This document shows positions 47,312 to 56,784 of a stretch of DNA of 64,000 nt, in pieces. The translations under genes and the position numbers were made by a program. The notes below the pieces were generated by a model, which made no database searches, was not told where the DNA came from, and saw only the letters and a list, made by a program, of their open reading frames with translations. Source of the DNA: a virus. The stretch's first letter is position 1; the number at the start of each line of letters is the position of its first letter. The stretch lies in UHGV virus genome UHGV-0064883. One strand, given 5' to 3'.

Positions 47312-48583
47312 ATGGCCGTAGGCATTGATTTTTTGCGCGCCGTCTGCGCCGAACAGAACGTGTCCCTGCTCCACCAGGTGGATGCTACCTACTTTCTCGA
47401 TGACGAGCGCCCTTTTTACCAGTTTGTCCGCAACCACTACGACAACTACCACTCATTGCCGGATGCGAGGGCGCAGGCCATAGGGAGGTTTACCTTTAGC
47501 ACGCCGTTGGTTAATAATGGGCAATACTGGTTTGCCACCCTCGTCAACCGGACGAGGTATAACGCTGTGCGGCGGTATTACTCTCAATTTCAGACGGCGA
47601 TAAAGACTTACGATTGGGAGCAGCTTTTAGGCATCACTTCGGCCATACAATCGTCGGTGATGGCCGTTGGAGCAAGTCAGGGATATACCAACATGCACCA
47701 GCAGGCCCAGGCGGTGTGGGAGGATTACCAGATTGCCAGACGGTCGTCCGACATGCGGGGAATACCTACTCCGTGGGCGACGCTGAATCAGGCAACCGGA
47801 GGCTGGGCAGGCGGCGATTTGGTGGTAATTGCCGGAAGGCCCGGTATGGGTAAATCCTGGTCGCTTCTCAAATGCATGGAGGCGGCTTTCACTGCCGGGA
47901 AAAAATGCGGGTTTGTCTCAATGGAAATGTCTCCGATTCAAATCGCCCGTCGCTGGATAGGGCTTCGCGCCGGCATCAATCCTAACTTGATTCGGCAGGG
48001 GACCATGACCACATATTCCGAGCGCAGGATGCGGGATTTAATCGCCCGGATGGCGGACGAGGAAGCCCTTCATATTTTGTCCGGGGACATGTCAAAAACA
48101 ACCGATAAAGTTGTGGGGATGATAGACCAGCTTCACCCGGACCTCATGTTTGTTGATGCGGTGTACTTGCTTTCCCCTTCCGGAATGCGGCTTGGGTATG
48201 TAAAAAGGTGGGAGGCATTGACGGAAGTTATCCGGGAATTGAAACAGTGCGCTATTAAAAACGGGATTCCGATTGTGATTACCGTCCAGCTCAACCGCAA
48301 CGTGAAAACAAACTCACGCCGGGAACTGGATTCCGGGGATATTTCCGGCTCTGATTCTATCCCTCAAGATGCGTCCATTTTGCTTGGCCAACGACATGGG
48401 CCGGGGCCTTTCGGCTACCGCTACCGCTACTACGATTTTATGAAAAACCGTGACGGCGAAACCCCTGATTTCATGACGAATTTTGTTTTCGACCCGCCTA
48501 ATTTTGATGAGGTTCCCATACCGGATGATGACGCTTCCGGGGAACCGGTAGAACCTGATGCTTCCACCGGATATACTTATTGA
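47312..48583 (+). CDS. dnaB: Replicative DNA helicase, DnaB family
   Basis: GDLVVIAGRPGMGKS (Walker A), SMEMS (H2 SxEMS), and a VITVQLNR-type arginine-finger region. Confidence 0.85.
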   Translation: MAVGIDFLRAVCAEQNVSLLHQVDATYFLDDERPFYQFVRNHYDNYHSLPDARAQAIGRFTFSTPLVNNGQYWFATLVNRTRYNAVRRYYSQFQTAIKTYDWEQLLGITSAIQSSVMAVGASQGYTNMHQQAQAVWEDYQIARRSSDMRGIPTPWATLNQATGGWAGGDLVVIAGRPGMGKSWSLLKCMEAAFTAGKKCGFVSMEMSPIQIARRWIGLRAGINPNLIRQGTMTTYSERRMRDLIARMADEEALHILSGDMSKTTDKVVGMIDQLHPDLMFVDAVYLLSPSGMRLGYVKRWEALTEVIRELKQCAIKNGIPIVITVQLNRNVKTNSRRELDSGDISGSDSIPQDASILLGQRHGPGPFGYRYRYYDFMKNRDGETPDFMTNFVFDPPNFDEVPIPDDDASGEPVEPDASTGYTY

Positions 48584-48611
48584 TTTCAACCCTCCATTTT
48601 ACGTTCCCACG

Positions 48612-51440
48612 ATGAAAAAAACCAATACCGCTAATTTAAACCTGCTGCTTCAAAATGACCGTAAAACGGTCAAGCCCCCGATTCTGGTAGTGTGCGAGCC
48701 TCCCGGAGAGCAGACTTTTTCGCAGGGCGGCGTTATGTCCCAATTTCACTTGAGCCGGTTTAATCGGATGTGCAATAATTGCGGCATTCCGCTTTCCATG
48801 CTGGAATTCATCACCCCATGCCCCCCGGTCCCGGAAGCCATTACCAAGCGGGAAAAAAAGGTGCTTGAATATTTGAGTCAGTATCGGAATGAATTCATTA
48901 CGGCTTTAAACCGGCTGCTTCCCGGAAAGCGTCTTGTGGTGTTTTTGGGCAAAAACGCGCTGAGGCAGTTCGCCGGGAAAAACGTTTCAATTAAGGAACT
49001 GCGCGGCTCGTTTGAGCGCATTGACCCTAAGCTGATGGCCGTTCCGGCATCCCTGCGTACCATAGCTATTTACGGCCCCGGACATTTTACCCGGTCACCG
49101 GAGGTGCTTCCGGTAGTGGAGGCGGACATGCGGCAGATTGGCAACCTTATTAAAAATAACTGGGATTATTCCTGCTTTCGCTCGTCTATCGAGAGCGGGG
49201 AGTACACCTGGTGTCGGGATTTATCGCCCCTGCTGGAAAACCCTCCGAAGTTTATCGGGCTTGACACGGAAACGCGGGGCCTGGATTACGCTATGGGGCG
49301 CAAAGCCATTTTGACTGTGCAGATAACTGTCAAGGATGGAAAAAGCCTTGTCATTCCATTGGACCCGGATTTTTACAATGACCGGGCGTTGCGTGATGAA
49401 ACGGTCGATTATGGGGAGGATTTAACCGCTGATGAGGTGTCCGGAATTATTGAACAACTGAAACAGCTACTATCCAATCCGGGCATCAAGGTTTTCGGAC
49501 ACAATCTCAAGTTCGACTTGCACCACCTGAAAAACTACGGGATAGAGGTCGCAAACTGGTTCGCAGATACAATGCAACTTTCTTACGTTGTCGATGACAA
49601 CATGCAGGAGCGAAACCTTGATGAATGTACCCGCCGCTGGGTTAAGCCGATGGCCGGATATGCTGATGAGTTTAACAAAAAGGTGGATAAAAGCCACATG
49701 GAGACCGTGCACCACCGGGAGTTTCTACGCTACGCCGGCGGCGATACTGATGCCGTGTTCCGACTTTACCGGGAGCTGGTTATCTTGGCGAAGCAGGACC
49801 GGCGAAACTGGAATTGCTTTTTGCGGGTGCAAATGCCCGCTTTGCGGGCGTTTTTGAAGATGGAGCACGTCGGCATGAATGTGGACCAGCAGTCATTGCG
49901 GTCTCTGGGTGATGAGCTGGACGTGATGGACGCCGAATTGGAGCAGGAACTTTCCGAAACGGTCAAGCGCGACATACCGGAGGCGGTGAAAGAATTGTTC
50001 GCGGAGGGGAAGCCGCTTGACTTTAATTCGTCTAAGTGCGTATCGCACTTGCTGTTCAGCCGTTCCGGGTATGGTCTCGCCCCAAAAGTGTTTACCCAGG
50101 GCAGTACCAAAGATGCGCCGGTTCCGTCCGTGTCTATAAAAACGCATCTTCCTTTCTTTTCCGATTCCTGCCCGTTTGTGGCCCGATATATCAAGTACAA
50201 GCAGCTTCAAATGCTTCGGAACACTTACGTCGGCAAACCGCGCCAGAGCAAAGAAACGCCTATCCTCCGTCTGAAAAATGGGAGCTATCCTGCGGTGTAC
50301 AAAAAAGCCCTTGAAGAGATGGACGCTCAAATCATGGCTAAAGTCCCCGCATTTACCAGGACAAGGGACGCAGGCGGGGAATGTCCCCCGAACGGTCGAA
50401 CCGTACTGGCCCAGGCAACAATACCCAAAGGAGTTGTGACGCTATACCGGGGCGGGCAGGCCACAATCACCACCGAGCAGCCCCCGTCCGGATTCTGGCA
50501 AAACATTTGCGCTGACGGGTCAATCCACGCCACCTTCCGGCTGGACAAGACCGTCACCGGACGCTCGTCCTGCCAAAACCCGAATTTGCAGAACATTCCC
50601 AAGCGGGGCCGGTTGGCGAAAATGTTCCGCCGGGTATTCACCGCCAGGCCGGGGAAAGTTATCATTGAATGCGACCTTTCCCAGGCTGAGCTGCGTATCG
50701 CGGCCTGGATGGCCAATGAGCGGCATATGATTGAGCTTTATCGGAATGGTGTGGACATCCACGCGGCTACAGCCGCCAAGGCGGCACAAATGACGTTGGA
50801 GCAGTTTCAGGCCCTTCCGCATGACCAGTACAAAAAACTCCGGCAAAACGGGAAGCCCGTCAATTTTGGATTTTTGTACGGAATGGGGTGGGATAAATTC
50901 ATGCGGTTCGCCCGGACGGACTACGGCGTGACGTTCACGCCGGAAGAGGCGCAGAATATGCGGAAACACTTTTTTGAGGCGTATCCGGCGTTGCAGGTGT
51001 GGCATAAAAACATGCGGGCATTCGTCCGCAAACATGGGTATGTGCGTGCCCTCCACGGAAGCTTGCGGCGTCTTCCGGGGATTTACTCAACCGATGAGGC
51101 GGTCGTCGCTGAATGTGAGCGGCAGGCCATTAACTCCCCGGTTCAAAAATTCGCGTCGGACATAGGGCTGATGGCCTTAGCTGAATTTTCCAAGCACGAT
51201 ACCCCGGATTATTACGGGATTTCTTTTATTCACGACGCAAACTACATTGAGGTCAACGCCGAGGCGGCGTATGAGGTCACTGGGTGGCTGAAATGGCAAA
51301 TGCAAAATATTCCGTTTTATGACTGGTTTGGCTTAGAACCTCCGCTTCCTATTATCGCCGATGCCGCAGTCGGTCCAAGTTTAGACAAGACGGAAGAGCA
51401 GGAAAATCAGGAAGTTATTGTGCCGCCGTGGGCAAAATAG
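48612..51440 (+). CDS. Family A DNA polymerase with 3'-5' exonuclease and an N-terminal UDG-family-4-like domain
   Basis: ILVVCEPPGEQT (UDG motif GEAPG..E-like). Exo I IGLDTETRGL, Exo II FGHNLKFDLHHL, Exo III YAGGDTDAVFRLY. Pol motif A IIECDLSQAELRIAAW, motif B KLRQNGKPVNFGFLYGMG, motif C FIHDANYIEV. Confidence 0.9.
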   Translation: MKKTNTANLNLLLQNDRKTVKPPILVVCEPPGEQTFSQGGVMSQFHLSRFNRMCNNCGIPLSMLEFITPCPPVPEAITKREKKVLEYLSQYRNEFITALNRLLPGKRLVVFLGKNALRQFAGKNVSIKELRGSFERIDPKLMAVPASLRTIAIYGPGHFTRSPEVLPVVEADMRQIGNLIKNNWDYSCFRSSIESGEYTWCRDLSPLLENPPKFIGLDTETRGLDYAMGRKAILTVQITVKDGKSLVIPLDPDFYNDRALRDETVDYGEDLTADEVSGIIEQLKQLLSNPGIKVFGHNLKFDLHHLKNYGIEVANWFADTMQLSYVVDDNMQERNLDECTRRWVKPMAGYADEFNKKVDKSHMETVHHREFLRYAGGDTDAVFRLYRELVILAKQDRRNWNCFLRVQMPALRAFLKMEHVGMNVDQQSLRSLGDELDVMDAELEQELSETVKRDIPEAVKELFAEGKPLDFNSSKCVSHLLFSRSGYGLAPKVFTQGSTKDAPVPSVSIKTHLPFFSDSCPFVARYIKYKQLQMLRNTYVGKPRQSKETPILRLKNGSYPAVYKKALEEMDAQIMAKVPAFTRTRDAGGECPPNGRTVLAQATIPKGVVTLYRGGQATITTEQPPSGFWQNICADGSIHATFRLDKTVTGRSSCQNPNLQNIPKRGRLAKMFRRVFTARPGKVIIECDLSQAELRIAAWMANERHMIELYRNGVDIHAATAAKAAQMTLEQFQALPHDQYKKLRQNGKPVNFGFLYGMGWDKFMRFARTDYGVTFTPEEAQNMRKHFFEAYPALQVWHKNMRAFVRKHGYVRALHGSLRRLPGIYSTDEAVVAECERQAINSPVQKFASDIGLMALAEFSKHDTPDYYGISFIHDANYIEVNAEAAYEVTGWLKWQMQNIPFYDWFGLEPPLPIIADAAVGPSLDKTEEQENQEVIVPPWAK

Positions 51441-51461
51441 CTGGTATTCTCTTCCTGTGAA

Positions 51462-51478
51462 TTTGCAATGATTGCAAA
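51462..51478. promoter_or_regulatory. 17-bp palindrome, centre-G variant, followed by T7
   Basis: 22 nt after the polymerase stop. Confidence 0.8.
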
Positions 51479-51500
51479 TTTTTTTCGTGAATTGAATACT

Positions 51501-51560
51501 TTTATCTTGCAATTTTCATTTTTTAGTGTTATAACAAACCCATCAAAGGGCGAAAGCCCT
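51501..51560 (+). promoter_or_regulatory. Promoter-like box TTTATCTTGCAAT-N20-TATAACAA plus leader hairpin CATCAAAGGGC-GAAA-GCCCT
   Basis: Cassette consensus. Confidence 0.55.
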
Positions 51561-51583
51561 GAATCAATAAAAACATCACCAAT

Positions 51584-52852
51584 ATGAGCAAGACCGAAAT
51601 TGATATTACCAAGCCGCTTAATCTGGCTGACCGCCAAGAACTCCGTTTTATCGGATATGCCACGCAGAATAACGACCCGAAGCTGTCTCCGGGGGATGTC
51701 ATCTATTTTCTGAAACAGGCGCGGGACGATAAAAACATCCCTGTTTATGACGTTGCCACTACCAAAAAGGGCAAGGTAGCCGTGGAAAGTCTTTACGCTG
51801 ACGAATTTGAAGTTGTGGATGCGGATTCCGCGCCGGAAGTCGCCCCGGTTGCGGCCCCTGCCAAAAAGAAAAAGACGGAACTCAAGAAGGTGGAGGAACC
51901 CGGCGAAGAGCAGCCCGCCCCCAAGGCTAAGAAGGCCAAAGCCGTCAAAGCGGAAGCTGCCCCTGCCAAGAAGACCAAGAAGGAAAAAGTGAAGGCCGAA
52001 GCCCCCGTGGAAGTGCAGGAGCCGCAGGAAGTCCAGGAACCTGCAGCTGAGGTTGAATCCGTTCCCGCCGTCCAGCCCGAAGCCGTCAAGGAGGTTGAAG
52101 ACATCAAGCCCGCCTCCACTCCGGAATTGGGAATGGATGCCGTAACCCTTAACTTGATTCAGGAACACGGCGGGAATGCCTGTGCCGCCGCCCTTGCCAT
52201 TGCCAAGGATTCTGAGGCTAAGCGATTCCTTCTTGGCGGCGTGCTGCTGTACATTCAAAAAACAAAAGTTTATGAAGAAGAAAAGGATTCTGCCGGAGTT
52301 CCACGCTTCACCGGGCAAAAGGGCTTTGCCATGTTTTGCGAGCAATACATCGGGCTTTCCTACTCTTCCGCAAAATTGTACCAGCGCATCTATGCTAATT
52401 TTACCAGCATGGGCCTCGGTGTTGAGGATTTTCGGAGAGTGGGTACGGCTAAGGCCCGTGAAATTGTGCAAATGATTGAGCTGGATTTTTCCAAGGCTGA
52501 TGTCGAAGAGGCTATTCATATCGGCGAAACGAAAACGCACGAAGAACTGCACTCCCATGTGAGCTCGAAAATGCAGGATGCTGAAATTGAGGGGCATGGA
52601 CTGCGTGATAAAGTCAAATGCACGCTCTACAAATTCGAGGTGTTTGCCGACCAGGAAGACATCATCAACGCCGCCATCCGGCTGGCAATGGACAACGGGG
52701 ACATCAAGGACACCGATCAGAACGCCCTTGGACGCGCGTTTGTTTCCATTTGCTCCGACTATTTGCAGGCATATAGCAAAGTGGCGCAGCCGACGGTGGA
52801 CGAAACTGAAGAATTTCAGGAATCTGTAGCCCAGGAATCCGTCAATGCCTGA
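51584..52852 (+). CDS. Hypothetical protein with a histone-H1-like K/A/P/E-rich central linker (422 aa)
   Basis: PAKKKKTELKKVEEPGEEQPAPKAKKAKAVKAEAAPAKKTKKEKVKAEAP low-complexity region. Confidence 0.5.
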   Translation: MSKTEIDITKPLNLADRQELRFIGYATQNNDPKLSPGDVIYFLKQARDDKNIPVYDVATTKKGKVAVESLYADEFEVVDADSAPEVAPVAAPAKKKKTELKKVEEPGEEQPAPKAKKAKAVKAEAAPAKKTKKEKVKAEAPVEVQEPQEVQEPAAEVESVPAVQPEAVKEVEDIKPASTPELGMDAVTLNLIQEHGGNACAAALAIAKDSEAKRFLLGGVLLYIQKTKVYEEEKDSAGVPRFTGQKGFAMFCEQYIGLSYSSAKLYQRIYANFTSMGLGVEDFRRVGTAKAREIVQMIELDFSKADVEEAIHIGETKTHEELHSHVSSKMQDAEIEGHGLRDKVKCTLYKFEVFADQEDIINAAIRLAMDNGDIKDTDQNALGRAFVSICSDYLQAYSKVAQPTVDETEEFQESVAQESVNA

Positions 52853-53561
52853 CATTTCCAGATTTCGGTCTGAACTGGCTCGTTTCTTTTCGGAGGACGG
52901 GCCAGGCTCCCAGCCTACCTTCCCTGATGCCTGCGAGGGCGACTTGTGCCTATGGACGGACGGGTCAGCTCTTGGAGACGCAAGGCAACTGGGAACTGGC
53001 GGAGGTTCCGCTTTTGCAGTGACAATAGTAGCCGGAGGCGTGGAGCATTATGTAGCCTCCTACGCGGAGCGCCTGGAGCCACAATCGGATTCCGATTGCG
53101 GGGTGACGGTAAACTACGCGGAAATCAAGGCTATCCATAACGGGCTTTCCTACCTCCAAAAATTGGACGGGGCCGAGGACAAGACCATCCATGTGTTTTC
53201 CGATTCCGCTTACGCCGTTTCCGTCCTGTCCAAATGGGTCCATCGCTGGGAACGGTCGGAGCGTACTTTGGAATCCGTAGCAAAATCCGGCTGGTTGTGC
53301 GCCGACGGGTGGCCTGTGGCTAACGCCCGGCTGATAAAAGATACGCACCGGCTGAGAGTGGAATTTTTCCGGGTTGTGTATCATAAGATCGCCGGGCATT
53401 CTGGGTACTTTTTTAACGAGCATGCCGACCATCTGGCATCCATCGCCAGAAACGGTCAGCTTTCTGACGCGCTGGTTGCGGATTATAATTGGCAGGGCCA
53501 GCGAATAAAATCGGTGCGCTTTGATTACGCAACCGGAAAAGTGGTGCTGGAAGAGTATTAG
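52845..53561 (+). CDS. rnhA: Ribonuclease HI
   Basis: LWTDGSALGD...GGGSAFAV, VNYAEIKAIHNGL, HVFSDSAYAVSVLSKWVHRW, HKIAGHSGYFFNEHADHLA (RNase H D-E-D-D signature GH.G...NE.AD.LA). Confidence 0.8.
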   Translation: MPDISRFRSELARFFSEDGPGSQPTFPDACEGDLCLWTDGSALGDARQLGTGGGSAFAVTIVAGGVEHYVASYAERLEPQSDSDCGVTVNYAEIKAIHNGLSYLQKLDGAEDKTIHVFSDSAYAVSVLSKWVHRWERSERTLESVAKSGWLCADGWPVANARLIKDTHRLRVEFFRVVYHKIAGHSGYFFNEHADHLASIARNGQLSDALVADYNWQGQRIKSVRFDYATGKVVLEEY

Positions 53562-53570
53562 CGTTTTCAA

Positions 53571-53587
53571 TTTGCAACGATTGCAAA
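53571..53587. promoter_or_regulatory. 17-bp palindrome, centre-CG variant TTTGCAACGATTGCAAA, followed by T7
   Basis: Read directly from the sequence. Confidence 0.75.
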
Positions 53588-53610
53588 TTTTTTTCTCAAA
53601 AAGATTCTTT

Positions 53611-53671
53611 TTTCTCTTGCAATTCATCAAAAATAATGCTAACTTATATTCATCAAAGGGAGGGAATCCCT
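53611..53671 (+). promoter_or_regulatory. Promoter-like box TTTCTCTTGCAAT-N20-TAACTTAT plus leader hairpin CATCAAAGGGAGGGAATCCCT
   Basis: Cassette consensus. The leader 53686-53715 is identical to 3459-3488. Confidence 0.55.
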
Positions 53672-53712
53672 AAGAGAAAAAACCTAAAAACCGAATTAGA
53701 AAGACCAAAACA

Positions 53713-54042
53713 ATGATTATCTCCATGAACCCTTACGATAACTGGAAGATTGAAGTTAGCGAATTTTCCCATCTCAATCTGGGCATCGAAGGTGATTCCA
53801 CAACGCTTGAAGATGAATCCGATGTTGCCTGGCTTCAAAATAAAATAGAATCCCGGCTGGAAACGTTGGGAGACCAGATTGACGCGAACCCCGGAGATAA
53901 AACTCTGGAAGGCGACATGGAAGAGTTGGAAGAAGCGCTGGAAGACCTTGCTGCCGCCCGCGAAGAGCAGGAAGCCTACGAAATTAGGGAAGCCGAAGAA
54001 TTTCTTCAGGAACGATATGAAGAATGCTGCTACGCTTATTGA
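53713..54042 (+). CDS. Small acidic hypothetical protein (109 aa)
   Basis: ATG ORF behind the cassette. Confidence 0.55.
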   Translation: MIISMNPYDNWKIEVSEFSHLNLGIEGDSTTLEDESDVAWLQNKIESRLETLGDQIDANPGDKTLEGDMEELEEALEDLAAAREEQEAYEIREAEEFLQERYEECCYAY

Positions 54043-54080
54043 TTAAATCTTATTTAACTCATTAAAAAACCTACTAAAAA

Positions 54081-54530
54081 ATGAAAAAGAACACATACGT
54101 AAGAACACGCCGTCAGGAGCCGCTGAATTCCGAAGTGAAGCAGCCGACCTCCAAGGAACTGGAAGACATCGCTACGCTGGCCCGACAGTTTTATCAGCAG
54201 AACAAGATTAAAAATGCTGCTTCGACCAAGGAGCGTTCCATACGGTCCCGGCTGCTTTCCCTGTGCGTGGAAGCCGGGGTGAAGTCCCAGGAAGTGGACT
54301 GCATCACCGAAGATGGAACCAAGCTCGTGCTGTCTGTCACTGTGGCCCCAGGGCAGAAAAGCGTTATTGACCTGGACACGCTGAAACGGCTCATTCCTGC
54401 AGAACTGTACGAAAAATGCCTGTCCGCCACCCAGTCGAAAGTGGAGGAAGTGGCCGGAAAGAGCATTGCACTGGCCGCGAGGCGCGTAGTGTCCACGGAA
54501 ATGAACGTGTCCGTGTCCACGAAAAAGTAA
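54081..54530 (+). CDS. Hypothetical protein (149 aa)
   Basis: ORF. Confidence 0.5.
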   Translation: MKKNTYVRTRRQEPLNSEVKQPTSKELEDIATLARQFYQQNKIKNAASTKERSIRSRLLSLCVEAGVKSQEVDCITEDGTKLVLSVTVAPGQKSVIDLDTLKRLIPAELYEKCLSATQSKVEEVAGKSIALAARRVVSTEMNVSVSTKK

Positions 54531-54550
54531 CTTTGGTTGGGCAAAAGGGC

Positions 54551-55570
54551 ATGAAGGAATCAAGCATTCGGGAAATCCTGGCCGAACTGGGCATAGATGC
54601 GGCCCATCTGTCTCCCACCGGCTGGCTAATCTGTTCATGCCCTTTTGCCCAGGCCACGCATCAATACGGGACTGACCGCAGGCCGTCTTTCGGCGTCAAG
54701 GTGGATTTGGAATCCCCCTCAGCGTATAAATGTTTCACATGCCACGAGCACGGACTGTTCACCGGGCTTCCCATCCGGCTGGGCACGCTGCTGGGCGACC
54801 CCGGCATGTATAAGCAGGTCCGCAATCGGGCCGTGTTTCTGGAATCCGCCACCCTCCCTGACTTTGATGAGGGAGTGGCCGCCCAAACGGTCGAATCTTT
54901 GAGAGTGCTTGACGTGGCAATGCTTGATATTTATCCGTCGCCAATGGATTCGGAGGCCCCACGGAAATACCTGCTTGAGCGCGGCGTTTCAGAGCATGCC
55001 GCCCTCGTCATGGATTTACGGTTTGACTCAAAAGAAAACCGAATTCTTTTCCCGCTGTTTTCCAGAGACCGGGAACTGCTTGGATTTTCGGGCCGGTCTA
55101 TCCTGTCCCCGCTTCCGGACGACACGCCAAAGATAAAGACCTACGCCGGAGTGAAAACCGACCGCTGCCTGCTGGGTATTCATCTGATTCCGCATCAGCC
55201 GGACGGCAAACCCATATTTGTTGTTGAGGGCCTGTTTGCGTACGCGCATTTAATCTCCATTGGCGCCCGCAGATTCTGCCACCCGGTGGCCACCCTCGGA
55301 TGCCACCTTTCATTTCCGCAGCGGGATATGCTGGCAATGCTGGGGCGGCCTGTGTTTCTTTGCTACGACGGTGACGTTGCGGGCACAATAGGATTGTTCG
55401 GAAAATGGAACCGGCAGGCTAAAAAGTTTATGGGTGACGGGGCGGTGGACAGATTGAAAGACCATGTGCCCACGTTTGTCTGCAAGTACCCGGTGGGGCG
55501 TTCCGACCCTGATGATTTGAGGTTGTCGGACGTAACGCAGATGCTCGACAAGTGGAACACGGGCTATTGA
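54551..55570 (+). CDS. DNA primase (zinc-binding region plus TOPRIM domain)
   Basis: CSCPFAQATH...CFTCHEH is a Cys/His cluster. IFVVEGLFAYAHLIS is the TOPRIM E-G motif. FLCYDGDVAGT is the DxD motif. Start at the ATG at 54551; the ORF track extends upstream to 54416. Confidence 0.7.
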   Translation: MKESSIREILAELGIDAAHLSPTGWLICSCPFAQATHQYGTDRRPSFGVKVDLESPSAYKCFTCHEHGLFTGLPIRLGTLLGDPGMYKQVRNRAVFLESATLPDFDEGVAAQTVESLRVLDVAMLDIYPSPMDSEAPRKYLLERGVSEHAALVMDLRFDSKENRILFPLFSRDRELLGFSGRSILSPLPDDTPKIKTYAGVKTDRCLLGIHLIPHQPDGKPIFVVEGLFAYAHLISIGARRFCHPVATLGCHLSFPQRDMLAMLGRPVFLCYDGDVAGTIGLFGKWNRQAKKFMGDGAVDRLKDHVPTFVCKYPVGRSDPDDLRLSDVTQMLDKWNTGY

Positions 55571-55630
55571 TAGCCACTTCTAGCCTTTTTCTTTTATAGG
55601 ACGTTATAACTTTTAATTTTTTTACTCTTT

Positions 55631-55665
55631 TTTCTTGCAATAAAAAAATATCATGCTTAATATTT
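55631..55665 (+). promoter_or_regulatory. Promoter-like box TTTCTTGCAAT-N20-TAATATTT
   Basis: Consensus match. Confidence 0.45.
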
Positions 55666-55731
55666 CATTGTTCCCATCATGGAACATCAGTAAAAAAACA
55701 ATACTCCCATTGGAGACATTAAAAAAATAAT

Positions 55732-56757
55732 ATGAATACAAACCAACCATCACAGAGCGCAAGGCGCGGTAAATCCGCATTGGAGCAGGCCGCAAAAAGT
55801 CAGCAGCAGCAATTCAGCCGGCAGCGCATGCCGTTCAGGTTTTTCCTCCCCAAAGGCGGCGAGGCTAAAATCGTCATTCTTGATTATGCTTTTGCCACCG
55901 ACGACGGAACCGGAAACGGGCTTGTCATCAAGGAGCATAATTTGAAAAAGCCTGACGGGACGTTCGGGGATTTTCAGCCCTGCACTTCGGAGCGCGGGCA
56001 TTGTGATATTTGCGAAACCTATAAGAAAGAATTCGCCCCGTATTACGCCGTAGTCATGTCCATTATTGACTGGCGGCCGTACACCAACAAAAACGGGGAG
56101 ACCGTCCAAGGCTCCAAAAAGTTGCTGGTCATTAAAATGTGGCAGCGCGACAAGTGGTACGAGCTTCAAGAAGTCGCGTTCGCGCAGAACGGCAAGCGCG
56201 GCATGCGGGGCATGACCCTCCGGATGAAACGGAGTATGGACGCGAAGAGCAGCAGCATTGGCGAGCCTGTGGCGTTTACTTCCCCCGCATCAATGGCCGG
56301 GCGCATGTGCGGATTCATGTCGGAGGAAGCTATGTTGATACGATTTGGCGGGCAGGATATTGTTGGACGCGACGGCAAGGTCTATCAGAAGGCCGGAGAC
56401 GGCATCAAGCCGTTCAACTACGACGAGCTTTTCCCGGAACCGGAACCCATCAATGAATTTTCCAACTCCAATTCCCGGTCTTCCGGTGATGCGGATTTTG
56501 GTGACGATGAAGACTTCGGTCAGGATTTGCAGGACGGTAACAGCGCGTCCGGAGATTTCGACCCGGAAGATTTCCGCCCCTCGGCAGACCAGGACGGCGG
56601 GGAAGATTACCTTAACGCCGACGCGGATTTTGCCGGTGATGAAGATTTTGAGCAGGAGCCTCCCGCCCGCACCAGAGGACGCCGCGTGCCTGACCCGGAA
56701 GAACCGGGGCAGCCGGGCCAAAGCCAGGATGATTTTGATGATGACATTCCCATGTAG
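55732..56757 (+). CDS. Putative single-stranded DNA-binding protein with an acidic C-terminal tail ending DDDIPM
   Basis: The C-terminus DFDDDIPM mimics the bacterial SSB tail DDDIPF. A long D/E/G-rich acidic region precedes it. Position inside the replication module. Confidence 0.5.
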   Translation: MNTNQPSQSARRGKSALEQAAKSQQQQFSRQRMPFRFFLPKGGEAKIVILDYAFATDDGTGNGLVIKEHNLKKPDGTFGDFQPCTSERGHCDICETYKKEFAPYYAVVMSIIDWRPYTNKNGETVQGSKKLLVIKMWQRDKWYELQEVAFAQNGKRGMRGMTLRMKRSMDAKSSSIGEPVAFTSPASMAGRMCGFMSEEAMLIRFGGQDIVGRDGKVYQKAGDGIKPFNYDELFPEPEPINEFSNSNSRSSGDADFGDDEDFGQDLQDGNSASGDFDPEDFRPSADQDGGEDYLNADADFAGDEDFEQEPPARTRGRRVPDPEEPGQPGQSQDDFDDDIPM

Positions 56758-56784
56758 TTGCAACCATTAACTTACCTGCCGGAA

